Shown: positions 9,625-20,235, counted from the first letter of the stretch. The stretch: 64,000 nucleotides of DNA from an uncultured Cytophagales bacterium (GCA_964511645.1 CAZEGV010000005.1:1157-65156), one strand, 5' to 3'. Notes: generated by a model not told the origin, from the sequence alone. Translations and numbers: made by a program.

Positions 9625-10129
9625 TGAGATTATATATCAAATATTGATGACAAGCTTTGCTGTTTTAACAATCTCATCTGCTTTAGTAGTATTGTTTTTT
9701 AACAAAATAATATACGCAGCAATAAGCTTAATCATAAGTCTACTAGCTATCGCAGGAATTTTCACTTTATTAGGACACGATTTTTTAGCCTCTACTCAAA
9801 TCATGGTTTACGTAGGCGGAGTACTCATCCTTATCATATTTGGGATTATGCTTACAAAAAAAACTAGCGACAAAAAATCTTTAAGTACTCAAAAAAGACA
9901 CCCTCTATTCGGAGTTCTTGTAGGGACCAGTACTTTGGGGGGACTTTCTTACCTTTTATTTCAATCAGGAAAAACGACATCACTACTTCCTTACAAACAA
10001 GGAACTAAAGAAATCGGGAAATTACTAATGACCGATTATTTACTCCCTTTAGAGATTATCTCCATACTTTTGTTAGTAGTATTAATTGGTTCTGTGTATA
10101 TCGCATCCAAAATAGAGACAGATGATTAG
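9617..10129 (+). CDS. nuoJ: NADH-quinone oxidoreductase subunit J
   Basis: 170 aa membrane protein in the nuoJ position, with ND6-like TM helices. Confidence 0.85.
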   Translation: MSNEIIYQILMTSFAVLTISSALVVLFFNKIIYAAISLIISLLAIAGIFTLLGHDFLASTQIMVYVGGVLILIIFGIMLTKKTSDKKSLSTQKRHPLFGVLVGTSTLGGLSYLLFQSGKTTSLLPYKQGTKEIGKLLMTDYLLPLEIISILLLVVLIGSVYIASKIETDD

Positions 10130-10406
10130 CGAATATTATTTATATATCGGCATTCTTTTATTTAGTATTGGTTTAACAATCGTTATTATCAAACGTAATT
10201 TGATAATGATACTAATGGGAATTGAATTAATGCTTAACTCGGCAACGCTTAACTTTGTAGCTTGTGGTACAGAGGGAAGTATTACGGCTCTATTTATCAT
10301 TGTAATTGCTGTTGCAGAAGCTTCAATCGGATTAGCCTTAATTTTGGCTTTCGTCAGATATTACAAGACATCTAACTTGGATGAAATCAATCAATTAAAA
10401 GGGTGA
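10122..10406 (+). CDS. nuoK: NADH-quinone oxidoreductase subunit K
   Basis: 94 aa three-TM protein with the ND4L/NuoK pattern (MGIELMLNSATLNFV; AEASIGLALI). Confidence 0.88.
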   Translation: MISEYYLYIGILLFSIGLTIVIIKRNLIMILMGIELMLNSATLNFVACGTEGSITALFIIVIAVAEASIGLALILAFVRYYKTSNLDEINQLKG

Positions 10407-12550
10407 ATTTACTGACCACCATATCACCCATCAGTAGCTTTGATACAACAATATTATTATCTCTTATAGTATTTTTGATGCCTTTGGCGGTATTTCTGTT
10501 TTTGATTTTCTTTGGTAGAAGAGTTTCTAGCTACAGAGGTGTAGGTGCTACTGTTTTTATCTTTTTTAGTTTCATAATAAGTATCGTCATATTTATGCAA
10601 ACCTACGCAGGCAACACTCATTACTATAGTATTGAATGGTTTAGGGTTTCTGAAAACACAATCTTTAATATTGGTATAAGAATAGACAAAGTAACCGCTT
10701 TAATGGTTTTACTCGTCAATTTCATTTCTTTCTTGGTTCATTTATTTTCTATCGAATACATTCGAGGAGATAAACATTTTGAAAAATATTTCTCTTATTT
10801 AGGCTTATTTACATTTTCTATGCTTGGGATTTTACTAGCCGATAATTTATTACAAATTTTCATCTTTTGGGAGCTAGTAGGACTCTCGTCTTATCTTTTA
10901 ATTGGTTTTTTCTTCACAAAAGAATCCGCTAGTTATTCTAGCAAAAAAGCTTTTATCGTCAATAGAGTTGGAGACGCAGGTTTTTTGATGGCAATACTTA
11001 TCATCATACACTTCACCAACACCTTAACCATTACAGAACTTCCAGGTCTCATTAGCAACATCCCTAGTCCTTGGCTAAGCCTCGCTGGGCTTGGTCTATT
11101 TCTTGGAGCAATGGGTAAATCAGCACAATTTCCTTTACACGTTTGGCTACCCAACGCCATGGAAGGACCAACTCCTGTATCAGCATTAATCCACGCCGCT
11201 ACAATGGTTGCAGCAGGGATTTATTTACTTTTTAGAATCAATTTTATATTTACACCCGACATATCATTGCTTATCACAATTATTGGATTAATAACAAGTG
11301 TAATAGGAGCTTTCTCCGCTATTTCTCAAACTGATATCAAAAAGGTGTTGGCATTCTCAACTATTTCTCAACTGGGTTATATGGTAATGGGGATGGGAGT
11401 TGGGGCTTATGACGCTTCTTTATTTCATCTTATTACTCACGCTTTTTTTAAAGCTTGTCTGTTTTTGTCTGCGGGTGCTGTTATCCACTCTATGCACCAC
11501 GTAAAGTTAGAAATGAAAAAAAATGGAGTCAATGTTGACTTTGACCCTCAAGACATGAGATTAATGGGAGGCTTACGCAAAAGAATGCCCATCACGTTTT
11601 ACGCCTATATGATTGCAACAGCATCCTTAGCAGGTTTGCCTTTCTTTTCTGGATTTATGTCTAAAGATGCAATTATTACTGCTCTTTTTGCTTGGGCAGA
11701 AACACAAAACCCTATCTACTACATTATTCCCATCACAGCAATATTCACAGTACTTATGACTGCTTTTTATATGTTTAGGCAAGTATTTATGATTTATTTT
11801 CACGATTTTAGATTAGAAAAATTTCATCCTCAGTTAGCTGGTGCTTACGAAAAAGTAATTGAGACCCCTTGGTTAATGCGCATTCCTATCATTATTTTAG
11901 CATCACTCTCTTTGTTTTTTGTATTTTCATACAACCCTTTTGACTCAAATATGGGTTGGATGAATTCAGTTGTTTCAGCAAACACTTTTTCTACAAGTCA
12001 GCTAAATAGTTGGCACTATACTGTAAGTATTTCCTCTGTTCTGGCTGGATTAATTGGCGTTGCCTTTTCTTATTATCAGTTTGGCAGAAAGGATTTTGTA
12101 AGCGAAGTCATTCATACACCAATGAAAGAACGTATCTTCTTAACTAGACTCTCATTCAACAGCTGGTATTTAGATAAAATATATAATACTACATTTGTAA
12201 AACCTCAGTTATTACTTGCCAAATATTTTACTTGGATAGATTTACATATTATTGATAAAGTAATTAACCTAATATCTTCGATGAGCATTCAACAGGCAAA
12301 ACTCATCACTTGGCTAGACCATAACATTATTGATAAACTTGTATTAATCGCAGGTTACAAACAGATTATTATTGCATGGTTTGTAGAAGTATTTGACAAA
12401 AACATCATAGATGGATTAATAAAATCATTAGCTGAAAGCTTAAAAACTATCGGAAGACTCATAAATAAACTACAAAGTGGAAATGCACAGCTCTACGTAG
12501 CTAGTACATTGCTTTTGTTTATCGTATTATTGTATAATATTTTAACTTAG
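10403..12550 (+). CDS. nuoL: NADH-quinone oxidoreductase subunit L
   Basis: 715 aa ND5-type antiporter-like subunit (WELVGLSSYLLIGF, GKSAQFPLHVWLPNAMEGPTPVSALIHAATMV) with a long C-terminal lateral-helix region. Confidence 0.93.
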   Translation: MNLLTTISPISSFDTTILLSLIVFLMPLAVFLFLIFFGRRVSSYRGVGATVFIFFSFIISIVIFMQTYAGNTHYYSIEWFRVSENTIFNIGIRIDKVTALMVLLVNFISFLVHLFSIEYIRGDKHFEKYFSYLGLFTFSMLGILLADNLLQIFIFWELVGLSSYLLIGFFFTKESASYSSKKAFIVNRVGDAGFLMAILIIIHFTNTLTITELPGLISNIPSPWLSLAGLGLFLGAMGKSAQFPLHVWLPNAMEGPTPVSALIHAATMVAAGIYLLFRINFIFTPDISLLITIIGLITSVIGAFSAISQTDIKKVLAFSTISQLGYMVMGMGVGAYDASLFHLITHAFFKACLFLSAGAVIHSMHHVKLEMKKNGVNVDFDPQDMRLMGGLRKRMPITFYAYMIATASLAGLPFFSGFMSKDAIITALFAWAETQNPIYYIIPITAIFTVLMTAFYMFRQVFMIYFHDFRLEKFHPQLAGAYEKVIETPWLMRIPIIILASLSLFFVFSYNPFDSNMGWMNSVVSANTFSTSQLNSWHYTVSISSVLAGLIGVAFSYYQFGRKDFVSEVIHTPMKERIFLTRLSFNSWYLDKIYNTTFVKPQLLLAKYFTWIDLHIIDKVINLISSMSIQQAKLITWLDHNIIDKLVLIAGYKQIIIAWFVEVFDKNIIDGLIKSLAESLKTIGRLINKLQSGNAQLYVASTLLLFIVLLYNILT

Positions 12551-12562
12551 AATATAAAATAG

Positions 12563-14254
12563 ATGTTAAGTACTATCATTTTCATCCCTTTATTGGCATT
12601 AGTAGTGATGTTACTACTACCAGATTCAAGCAAGCAACTCTTCAAATGGGTTGCCACAGGAACTACTTTTATACAGTTAGTTTTAGCACTCACCGTCTAT
12701 CTCACTTATCAGCCTAGTGATGCTGTTGGTTTGTTTTACACAAAAGACTTTGCTTTTGTAGAACGAATCCAGTGGATTTCTGTAATGATGAAAAACTGGG
12801 GAGGAATCTCAGCTCATTATTTTGTAGGAGTAGACGGATTAAGTGTCTCAATGCTATTACTTTGTGGTATTGTAATGTTTATTGGGGCAATTGCTTCATG
12901 GAATATACAGAAAAAAACAAAGGGATATTTCGTGCTGTACATGTTATTAAGTACTGCCGTTTTCGGTTGTTTTGTATCACTTGATTTACTTTTATTTTAC
13001 CTCTTTTTTGAGCTAATGCTATTACCATTATATTTCTTAATTGGGATATGGGGTGGGAAAAGAAAAGAATATGCTGCAATAAAATTTTTCTTGTACACTC
13101 TTTTTGGCTCTATTTTTATTCTTTTGGTTATTGTAGGATTATACCTTTCGGTTATTGACCCAGCCCTTACCGCAATCAACCTAGGTCTTGTCAATCAGCT
13201 GAGTGCCGTTACACCCGAAATAATCACAACAGTACAAAACTTATTAGCCAACAACCAGATTCCTTCATCAGCTATTGTCCATACCTTTGATATGGTATTA
13301 ATGACTGATAGTAATAATTACATTCAAGACGGATTACTTTCTCCATTCATCAATCAAGAAATATTTGGTTACTCTACCAGGTCTATTGCTTTTATTTGTT
13401 TGTTTATTGGTTTCGCAATAAAATTACCTGTTGTGCCCTTTCATACTTGGTTGCCAGATGCTCACGTTCAAGCACCTACCGCAGTATCTGTTGTTTTTGC
13501 TGGTATTTTGTTAAAGATAGGAGGGTATGGACTCATTCGTGTTGCTTATACAATTTTCCCTCAAGAAGGTGCTCACTGGGCTTGGATTGTCGCCTTACTC
13601 GGTGTGATTTCTATATTATGGGGAGCTTATAATGCCCTTGCCCAAAAAGACCTCAAGAGACTTATTGCCTATTCATCTGTCTCTCACATGGGGTTTGTAT
13701 TGCTAGGTATCGCTTCATATACAGTAGAGGGGATGACTGGTGCTGTGTATCAAATGTTTAGTCACGGGATATTATCTGCATTATTATTTATCATAGTAGG
13801 AGTGATTTATGATAGAGTGGCAGACAGAAATATCGACAGCTTCAAAGGATTAGCCACACAAATGCCATACTATACTGCTGTTACTACTATTGCATTTTTC
13901 GCATCATTAGGCTTACCTGCATTCTCTACTTTTATTGCCGAAGTATTGGTCTTTATTGGTGCTTTTTCTTCTGGACTAATCCCTCATTGGATGGTTTTAA
14001 TAGCCTTACTGAGTATCGTTCTTACAGCAGGGTATTTCTTATGGACATTACAACGTGTGTTTTTTGGTAAGCTGTGGCTAAAAGATGATTCTTGGAAAAA
14101 AAGCTTAAAAGACATCACCTTAAGAGAGCGTATCATGATGATTCCTTTAGTAACCCTATCTTTTGTTTTTGGAATTTTACCAATGTTACTTATTAGTAAA
14201 ATCGCTCCTTCAGTCAATTTGTTCGTAGAATTCGTTAACAATGCTATCAAGTAA
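12563..14254 (+). CDS. nuoM: NADH-quinone oxidoreductase subunit M
   Basis: 563 aa ND4-type subunit (KLPVVPFHTWLPDAHVQAPTAVSVVFAGILLK; YSSVSHMGF). Confidence 0.93.
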   Translation: MLSTIIFIPLLALVVMLLLPDSSKQLFKWVATGTTFIQLVLALTVYLTYQPSDAVGLFYTKDFAFVERIQWISVMMKNWGGISAHYFVGVDGLSVSMLLLCGIVMFIGAIASWNIQKKTKGYFVLYMLLSTAVFGCFVSLDLLLFYLFFELMLLPLYFLIGIWGGKRKEYAAIKFFLYTLFGSIFILLVIVGLYLSVIDPALTAINLGLVNQLSAVTPEIITTVQNLLANNQIPSSAIVHTFDMVLMTDSNNYIQDGLLSPFINQEIFGYSTRSIAFICLFIGFAIKLPVVPFHTWLPDAHVQAPTAVSVVFAGILLKIGGYGLIRVAYTIFPQEGAHWAWIVALLGVISILWGAYNALAQKDLKRLIAYSSVSHMGFVLLGIASYTVEGMTGAVYQMFSHGILSALLFIIVGVIYDRVADRNIDSFKGLATQMPYYTAVTTIAFFASLGLPAFSTFIAEVLVFIGAFSSGLIPHWMVLIALLSIVLTAGYFLWTLQRVFFGKLWLKDDSWKKSLKDITLRERIMMIPLVTLSFVFGILPMLLISKIAPSVNLFVEFVNNAIK

Positions 14255-15737
14255 AATCCTTCATATCACCGAAAGTCTATCAGGATTCTATCCTGAACTT
14301 TCTCTCATATTTGGCATTATTACACTTATGCTAATAGGTCTATTTAAACCTGATTTCGTACGTAATTACGGTCATTTTTTAGTCAATTCATTATTGATTA
14401 TCACCATTATACTAGAGCTTAATCAGTATATAGCTTGTGCTGATAGTGATACTTTTCTATTCTTATCTATGATTAAGATTTCTAATCTTTCCATTATTTT
14501 AAGAATATTATTGACCTTAGGCACTTATGTTATGATACAATATACTGGACTATCTAAGTCGCTTAAAAACTACCAAGAATACGTTAACATGGAGTTTTAC
14601 GTATTAGTCTTGTCATTATTATTAGGGGCTAATATGATGATATTGTCTAATAACTTTTTGATGTTATTCATCTCTATTGAGTTTATTTCTCTAGTGTCTT
14701 ACACTTTAGTTACTTTCAGTTCAGATCAAAGATTTACACGAGAAGCAGCGATGAAGTATTTTGTGTTTGGTGCTACCACCGCTGCTATTATGGCTTATGG
14801 AATATCTTGGATATATACTTACACTAATAGTTTAAGTTATTACAGCATTACTACGTTTTTATTTGAAAACGGCAACAATTCTGTCCCTACATTGTTTTGG
14901 GCAGGAGTATTAATGACAAGTGTAGGACTTCTATTTAAACTATCCATTGTTCCTTTTCATTTTTGGACGCCAGACGTGTATCAAGGATCCTCTTATAAGG
15001 TTGCTTCATTATTTGCTTATGTTCCTAAGGTCGCAGCGATAGGCGTATTTATGATTTTTTTCGAAATCCAATATTTTCACGTAAGTGATGTCTTAAAAAA
15101 CATGATAGCAGTACTAGCTATAGTAACAATGCTCATAGGAAATCTCGGTGCACTAAGGCAAACTGATATCAAACGCTTACTCGCTTACTCATCTATTGCC
15201 CAAAGCGGTTTTGTCATTGTAGGCTTATTATCAAGCAATACCTCTATCGGTTTAGAATCAATGACTTTTTACCTCTTCATATATGTCTTTTTGAATTTCA
15301 CAACTTTTATTGCTATTGATTGGCTAGGAGAAGTCACAAAGTCAACCGAAATAAAAAGCTTTGCTGGCTTATCCAAAACCTTCCCCTTATTCAGTTTTCT
15401 TATTACTCTAGCTATGATTGGTTTAGTAGGATTACCTCCTACAGTAGGCTTTAGTGCTAAATTTATGATTTTACAGGCTTTAATGCTGTCAGAGGGGTTT
15501 TCTAAAGACCCACTGCTTGTCACTGTTTTTATTGTTGCCGTATTTACGGCCGTTCTTTCACTATTTTATTATCTTAAACTACCATATTTTTTATACATCA
15601 AAGAATTTTCGATTAAAAAAGAACTTAAAATTAGCTACGCCCATAAAATCTTTATAGTTTTGGTTTCAATACCAATTATACTAGGTTTTATTGCTTGGTC
15701 ATTGGTATTAGATATAATTAATATGTTTGTAGCATAA
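14241..15737 (+). CDS. nuoN: NADH-quinone oxidoreductase subunit N
   Basis: 498 aa ND2-type subunit (KLSIVPFHFWTPDVYQGS; LAYSSIAQSGF). It is the last gene of the nuo run. Confidence 0.92.
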   Translation: MLSSKILHITESLSGFYPELSLIFGIITLMLIGLFKPDFVRNYGHFLVNSLLIITIILELNQYIACADSDTFLFLSMIKISNLSIILRILLTLGTYVMIQYTGLSKSLKNYQEYVNMEFYVLVLSLLLGANMMILSNNFLMLFISIEFISLVSYTLVTFSSDQRFTREAAMKYFVFGATTAAIMAYGISWIYTYTNSLSYYSITTFLFENGNNSVPTLFWAGVLMTSVGLLFKLSIVPFHFWTPDVYQGSSYKVASLFAYVPKVAAIGVFMIFFEIQYFHVSDVLKNMIAVLAIVTMLIGNLGALRQTDIKRLLAYSSIAQSGFVIVGLLSSNTSIGLESMTFYLFIYVFLNFTTFIAIDWLGEVTKSTEIKSFAGLSKTFPLFSFLITLAMIGLVGLPPTVGFSAKFMILQALMLSEGFSKDPLLVTVFIVAVFTAVLSLFYYLKLPYFLYIKEFSIKKELKISYAHKIFIVLVSIPIILGFIAWSLVLDIINMFVA

Positions 15738-15750
15738 CTGAAAAAAGACT

Positions 15751-17640
15751 ATGAGTGACGCTATTAAGCACGAATGCGGGATTGCCTTAATAAGACTTCG
15801 TAAACCATATTCATACTATATAGAAAAGTATGGGTCGCCTCTTTATGCTTTAAACAAGCTGTATTTACTAATGGAAAAACAGCATAATCGTGGGCAAGAC
15901 GGTGCTGGAATAGCCACAATCAAAATAAATGTACCAGAAGGGGTTCGTTATATCAGCCGTTACCGATCTATTGCCAATCAGCCAATAGCAGATATTTTTA
16001 AACGAGTAAATAAAAAATTCAACAAAGTAATCAAAAACAATCCTGAAAAAATGAAGGATGCAAAATGGTTACAAGAAAATGTAGCATTTACTGGAGAAGT
16101 ACTTTTGGGACACCTTAGATATGGCACGCATGGTGTTAACAGTGTAGAAAGCTGTCACCCTTTTTTACGCCAAAGCAACTGGAGAAGTAAAAGCCTTGTA
16201 GTAGCTGGAAATTTTAATATGACCAATGTAGATTATCAATTCAACAAATTGGTAGAGCTTGGTCAGCATCCAAAAGAAAAATCAGACACCGTAACTGTAT
16301 TAGAAAAAATCGGACATTTTTTGGATGAAGAAAGTCAATTAATGTTTGACAGGTTCAAAGATAAATTCACCAATAGAGAAATTACCAAAACCATTGAGAA
16401 TGAAATGGATTTGGAACGAGTACTTAAGCGTGCCTGTAAAGATTTTGATGGAGGTTATGCAATGTGTGGACTTACTGGTTATGGAGGTTCATTTGTAGCT
16501 AGAGATCCCGCGGGGATTAGACCTGCTTATTATTATGCCGATGACGAGATAATTGTTGTCGCTTCAGAAAAGCCAGCAATTAAAACAGCTTTTGGAGTGG
16601 ATTATAAGGAAATTAAAGAAGTAACACCTGGTCACGCTTTAATTATAGATAAAAAAGGAGAGTTCAAGGAAATACAATTCACTGATTTACTTCCTAAAAA
16701 ATCTTGTTCTTTTGAGCGTATATATTTCTCTCGTGCCTCTGATCCAGAGATTTATGAAGAACGAAAAAACTTAGGACGATTTTTAGTGCCTCAAGTACTC
16801 AAAAAAATCAACAACGATTTAGAAAATACGGTATTCTCTTTTATCCCAAATTCTGCAGAAGTAGCTTATATGGGCTTAATAGAAGGTGTAAACAATCACC
16901 TTAATGATTATAGAATAAAAGAAATACAAAAAGGAAAGCTTAATGATAAGCAACTAAAAGCCTTAATGAGTTATTCTATTCGTACAGAGAAAATTGTAAT
17001 TAAAGACGCAAAATTAAGAACTTTTATCACTGAAGATAAGCACAGAGGCGATTTGGTGGCACACGTATATGACACTACATACGAAGTAGTACGCAAAAAC
17101 GTAGACACTATTGTAGTCATTGATGATTCTATTGTAAGAGGAACAACACTAGAGCGTAGTATCTTACAGTTATTAGATACATTAAGTCCTAAAAAAATCA
17201 TCATAGTTTCTTCGGCACCCCAAATCAGATATCCTGATTGCTACGGAATAGATATGTCTAAGATGAAAGAATTTGTAGCTTTTAGAGCACTTATAGCTCT
17301 ACTTGAAGATGACAATAAATCATATCGATTACAAGAGGTTTACGAAAAATGTGTACGCTCTCAAATTACATTAGAGCAGTCACCTAACTATGTTCAGGAA
17401 CTTTATGACATGTATACTCAAGTACAAATCACAGAAAAAATAGCCAAAATCATTCTTCCAGAAGGAGTAAATGCGGAAGTAGAAGTTATCTATCAAACAG
17501 TAGACAATCTACACAAAGCTTGCCCAGAACACTTAGGTGATTGGTACTTTACTGGTAACTATCCAACTGATGGTGGTAATAAAGTAGTCAATAGAGCATT
17601 CATCAACTATATAGACGGAAACACCAAAAGAGCGTATTAA
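15751..17640 (+). CDS. purF: Amidophosphoribosyltransferase (long class II glutamine amidotransferase type)
   Basis: 629 aa with the Ntn-amidotransferase N-terminus ...HECGIALIRL and the PRPP-binding loop IVVIDDSIVRGTTL. The length is as recalled for the Bacteroidetes long PurF form. Confidence 0.88.
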   Translation: MSDAIKHECGIALIRLRKPYSYYIEKYGSPLYALNKLYLLMEKQHNRGQDGAGIATIKINVPEGVRYISRYRSIANQPIADIFKRVNKKFNKVIKNNPEKMKDAKWLQENVAFTGEVLLGHLRYGTHGVNSVESCHPFLRQSNWRSKSLVVAGNFNMTNVDYQFNKLVELGQHPKEKSDTVTVLEKIGHFLDEESQLMFDRFKDKFTNREITKTIENEMDLERVLKRACKDFDGGYAMCGLTGYGGSFVARDPAGIRPAYYYADDEIIVVASEKPAIKTAFGVDYKEIKEVTPGHALIIDKKGEFKEIQFTDLLPKKSCSFERIYFSRASDPEIYEERKNLGRFLVPQVLKKINNDLENTVFSFIPNSAEVAYMGLIEGVNNHLNDYRIKEIQKGKLNDKQLKALMSYSIRTEKIVIKDAKLRTFITEDKHRGDLVAHVYDTTYEVVRKNVDTIVVIDDSIVRGTTLERSILQLLDTLSPKKIIIVSSAPQIRYPDCYGIDMSKMKEFVAFRALIALLEDDNKSYRLQEVYEKCVRSQITLEQSPNYVQELYDMYTQVQITEKIAKIILPEGVNAEVEVIYQTVDNLHKACPEHLGDWYFTGNYPTDGGNKVVNRAFINYIDGNTKRAY

Positions 17641-17664
17641 GTCCTTTTTGAGTAAAGGATATAA

Positions 17665-17710
17665 ATACCTAAATTTTTATCTTGGATAATTAGGCTTAGG
17701 TATTTTTTTT
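17665..17710 (+). terminator. Rho-independent terminator after purF
   Basis: ATACCTAA (17665-17672) pairs with TTAGGTAT (17696-17703), with an alternative inner arm TTAGG at 17690-17694. A T8 run follows (17703-17710). Confidence 0.6.
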
Positions 17711-18089
17711 GTAACCAAAGCAAGACCGTTGCAATCCCCCTGTATCGAGCTTCACCACCTCTAAACCATCTTTTTAATACGCTCTACTTTAAATCGAGTT
17801 TTACCAATCATTTTAAGACCGTTGCAAGGTGAGTTAAGTACAAATAAATGTAATATACATACTGGACTAATGGAAAAAGAATGAAGTAAACTCAGTTAAA
17901 TATAATGATAGTGACTCATTAAAAACCATTGATAAAATAAAAGTATAATCCACCATTCAAGGTATTCATAGCAGACAGACTAAGAAACATGAAATCAATT
18001 TCTTTAATCAGGCACAATAAGTAATTGAAAAAATAAACAAAATCAGCCTTAGCTACTTTACCTCTCTCCTAACATTTTAAGTACTACAC

Positions 18090-19145
18090 CTATTTAACTA
18101 TTTTTATTGTACTATACCTTTCTCCATCTGTGATTTTTAGAATATGCAACCCAATACCTAAGTTTGAAATATTAATTACATTTTTAGTACCCTTTAATAC
18201 CGTAGAACCATTTAAAGAAACTATTTCCCATTTCTTTACTTCTTCAAGAATGATTATACTATTTAGTGTTTGTTTAATCCTAATTTTATTAGACGACGGT
18301 TTGTTCAGCCCTAAGACATCACAATTAACATCCCAAACTGTGTTACTCCCTTTTTTCCATGTAGAGGTATCATGGCTAGATAACACACAAACAGAGCTCA
18401 AATTAGGATTAGACTCTACATTTACCTTGGTAAGGTTAGGCACTCCTGTAAGATCAAGGCTTGTTAATTTATTATATTGTAATGACACCTTAGTAAGTTT
18501 TGAATTAACCCCTATATTAACAGTTGTTAAATCTGAAGTAATAAAAAAAAGATTTTCTAGGTTTTTATTATTACTAACATCTAGAGATGTCACACTTGTT
18601 TGTTGAATAAATGTTTCTGTGAGTGCTAAGTTTTGCGAAAAATCAATACTTGACCCATAAAACCTTCCTAAATCTATAGTTTTAAGTTTAGTTAAACTAG
18701 TAAGATCTAATGTTGTGTATTTATTATTATAAATTTTTAGTTTAGTAATTTCAGGATTCATAGAAAAATCAAATGACGTAATATTATTGCTGTTAGCTTT
18801 TAAATAAGTTAATTTTGTCAATTTCTTTAAATCTAGCTCTGTAAGATTATTGTTAGAAACAATTAGTGATGTTAAGTTAGTAAAATATTCAATCTCAGGC
18901 ATCGATGAAATTTTATCGCCAAAAGAGCCTAACATGCCAAGATCTAAAGAGGTCAATTGCTGGCAATTATACGGTTTTATATGATCATTAAAATTATTTG
19001 CTAATGTTGTTTTGAGAACTAATGCTCTAAAAAAAAGAGAATCTTCAAATACAATGTCTGTAAAAAGATTTAATTGTGCTGAAACGGGTGTTTGTAAAAA
19101 CAACAATACAATAGGGAAAAGAAATATTTTTTTCATAGTTTTCAT
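18090..19145 (-). CDS. Leucine-rich-repeat surface protein with T9SS C-terminal sorting domain
   Basis: It has the signal peptide IFLFPIVLLFLQTPVSAQ and about 22-aa LRR units (NLTSLIVSNNNLTELDLKKLTKLTYLKANSNNITSFDFS...). The C-terminal roughly 70 aa beta domain (...ISNLGIGLHILKITDGERYSTIKIVK) is typical of type A T9SS CTDs. Confidence 0.8.
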   Translation of the reverse strand: MKTMKKIFLFPIVLLFLQTPVSAQLNLFTDIVFEDSLFFRALVLKTTLANNFNDHIKPYNCQQLTSLDLGMLGSFGDKISSMPEIEYFTNLTSLIVSNNNLTELDLKKLTKLTYLKANSNNITSFDFSMNPEITKLKIYNNKYTTLDLTSLTKLKTIDLGRFYGSSIDFSQNLALTETFIQQTSVTSLDVSNNKNLENLFFITSDLTTVNIGVNSKLTKVSLQYNKLTSLDLTGVPNLTKVNVESNPNLSSVCVLSSHDTSTWKKGSNTVWDVNCDVLGLNKPSSNKIRIKQTLNSIIILEEVKKWEIVSLNGSTVLKGTKNVINISNLGIGLHILKITDGERYSTIKIVK

Positions 19146-19281
19146 TAGTTAAAATTTCACTCCAATTATTTTAATCCTTAAAATTAAAGATTAAACTTTG
19201 ATTTATTATTAATGTATTAACAAGCCTCATTTCTACACATTACTTGTCTGTATTTTTAATTAAGCTATTTTTCGCTTAATT

Positions 19282-19359
19282 GGCTTAGAGATAGTAACGA
19301 CATCCTTTCCTATTTTTTTATCGGAAAGATATAGCGAATAGCCTGACCTTATATAAGCC
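19282..19359 (+). repeat. Structured intergenic element, copy C (short form lacking the 3' hairpin)
   Basis: The sequence is GGCTTA-GAGATAGTAACGACATCC-TTTCCTATTTTTTTATCGGAAA-GATATAGCGAATAGCCTGAC-cttata-TAAGCC. The terminal GGCTTA and TAAGCC are complementary. Confidence 0.8.
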
Positions 19360-19386
19360 GATAGAAAAATACAAGGAAATCTCCTA

Positions 19387-20199
19387 TTATTTTTCCATTT
19401 GTTCTATAATGTCAGCAGTAATCCCCGTACTTGAAAATCCTCCGTCATGCATTAAGTTTTGCATGGTTACTTTTTTGGTAAAGTCTGAGAACAAACTCAC
19501 ACAGTAATTTGCACAATCGTCAGCATCAGCATTTCCTAATGGTGACATTTTTTCAGCAAAATCAATAAAAGCATTAAATCCTTTAATTCCTTTTCCTGCT
19601 GTAGTTACTGTGGGCGATTGAGAAATCGTATTGACACGGACTCCATTTTTCTTAGCAAAAACATATCCGAAACTACGTCCAATAGATTCTAAGCAAGCTT
19701 TTGCTTGTGCCATATCTGTATAGTCAGGAAATACTCTCTGTGCGGCGATGTATGATAATGCCAAAATAGATCCACCTGCGTTCATATGATCTTTTTTGTA
19801 TGCTACACTCATTATTTTATGAAATGATAATGCAGATACATCCATAGATTTCATGTACCAGCTATAATTAAGGTCTTCGTAAGGTTTTTTCTTACGTATA
19901 TTTGGACTCATCCCAATCGAGTGAAGGATAAAATCAATTTTACCTCCCAATATTTTTTCTGCTTGCTCAAATAGATTTTCGATTTCTTCAACTGAAGTAG
20001 CATCCGCAGGGATGATTTCAGAATCTGTTTTAGCAGCCAATTTATTAATTTCCCCCATTTTCATTGCAAGAGCAGCATTTGTCAATACAAATTTAGCACC
20101 TTCTTCATGACACTTTTCAGCTACTTTCCAAGCGATAGAGCTATCGTCTAATGCTCCAAAAACAATCCCTCTTTTTCCTTTTAATAAATTATAAGCCAT
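19387..20199 (-). CDS. fabI: Enoyl-[acyl-carrier-protein] reductase (NADH)
   Basis: 270 aa with the FabI-type SDR N-terminus LKGKRGIVFGALDDSSIAWKVA and a Tyr/Lys catalytic region (SYIAAQRVFPDYTDMAQAKACLE). Confidence 0.9.
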   Translation of the reverse strand: MAYNLLKGKRGIVFGALDDSSIAWKVAEKCHEEGAKFVLTNAALAMKMGEINKLAAKTDSEIIPADATSVEEIENLFEQAEKILGGKIDFILHSIGMSPNIRKKKPYEDLNYSWYMKSMDVSALSFHKIMSVAYKKDHMNAGGSILALSYIAAQRVFPDYTDMAQAKACLESIGRSFGYVFAKKNGVRVNTISQSPTVTTAGKGIKGFNAFIDFAEKMSPLGNADADDCANYCVSLFSDFTKKVTMQNLMHDGGFSSTGITADIIEQMEK

Positions 20200-20235
20200 A
20201 ATTTTTTTCTATTTAAGCTTCAAAGATAAGTATTC

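Noticed and set aside
18130-18606. 158-aa plus-strand ORF antisense to the LRR/T9SS gene
   Set aside because: The minus-strand ORF has a signal peptide, regular LRR periodicity and a T9SS CTD. The plus-strand ORF has none of these.
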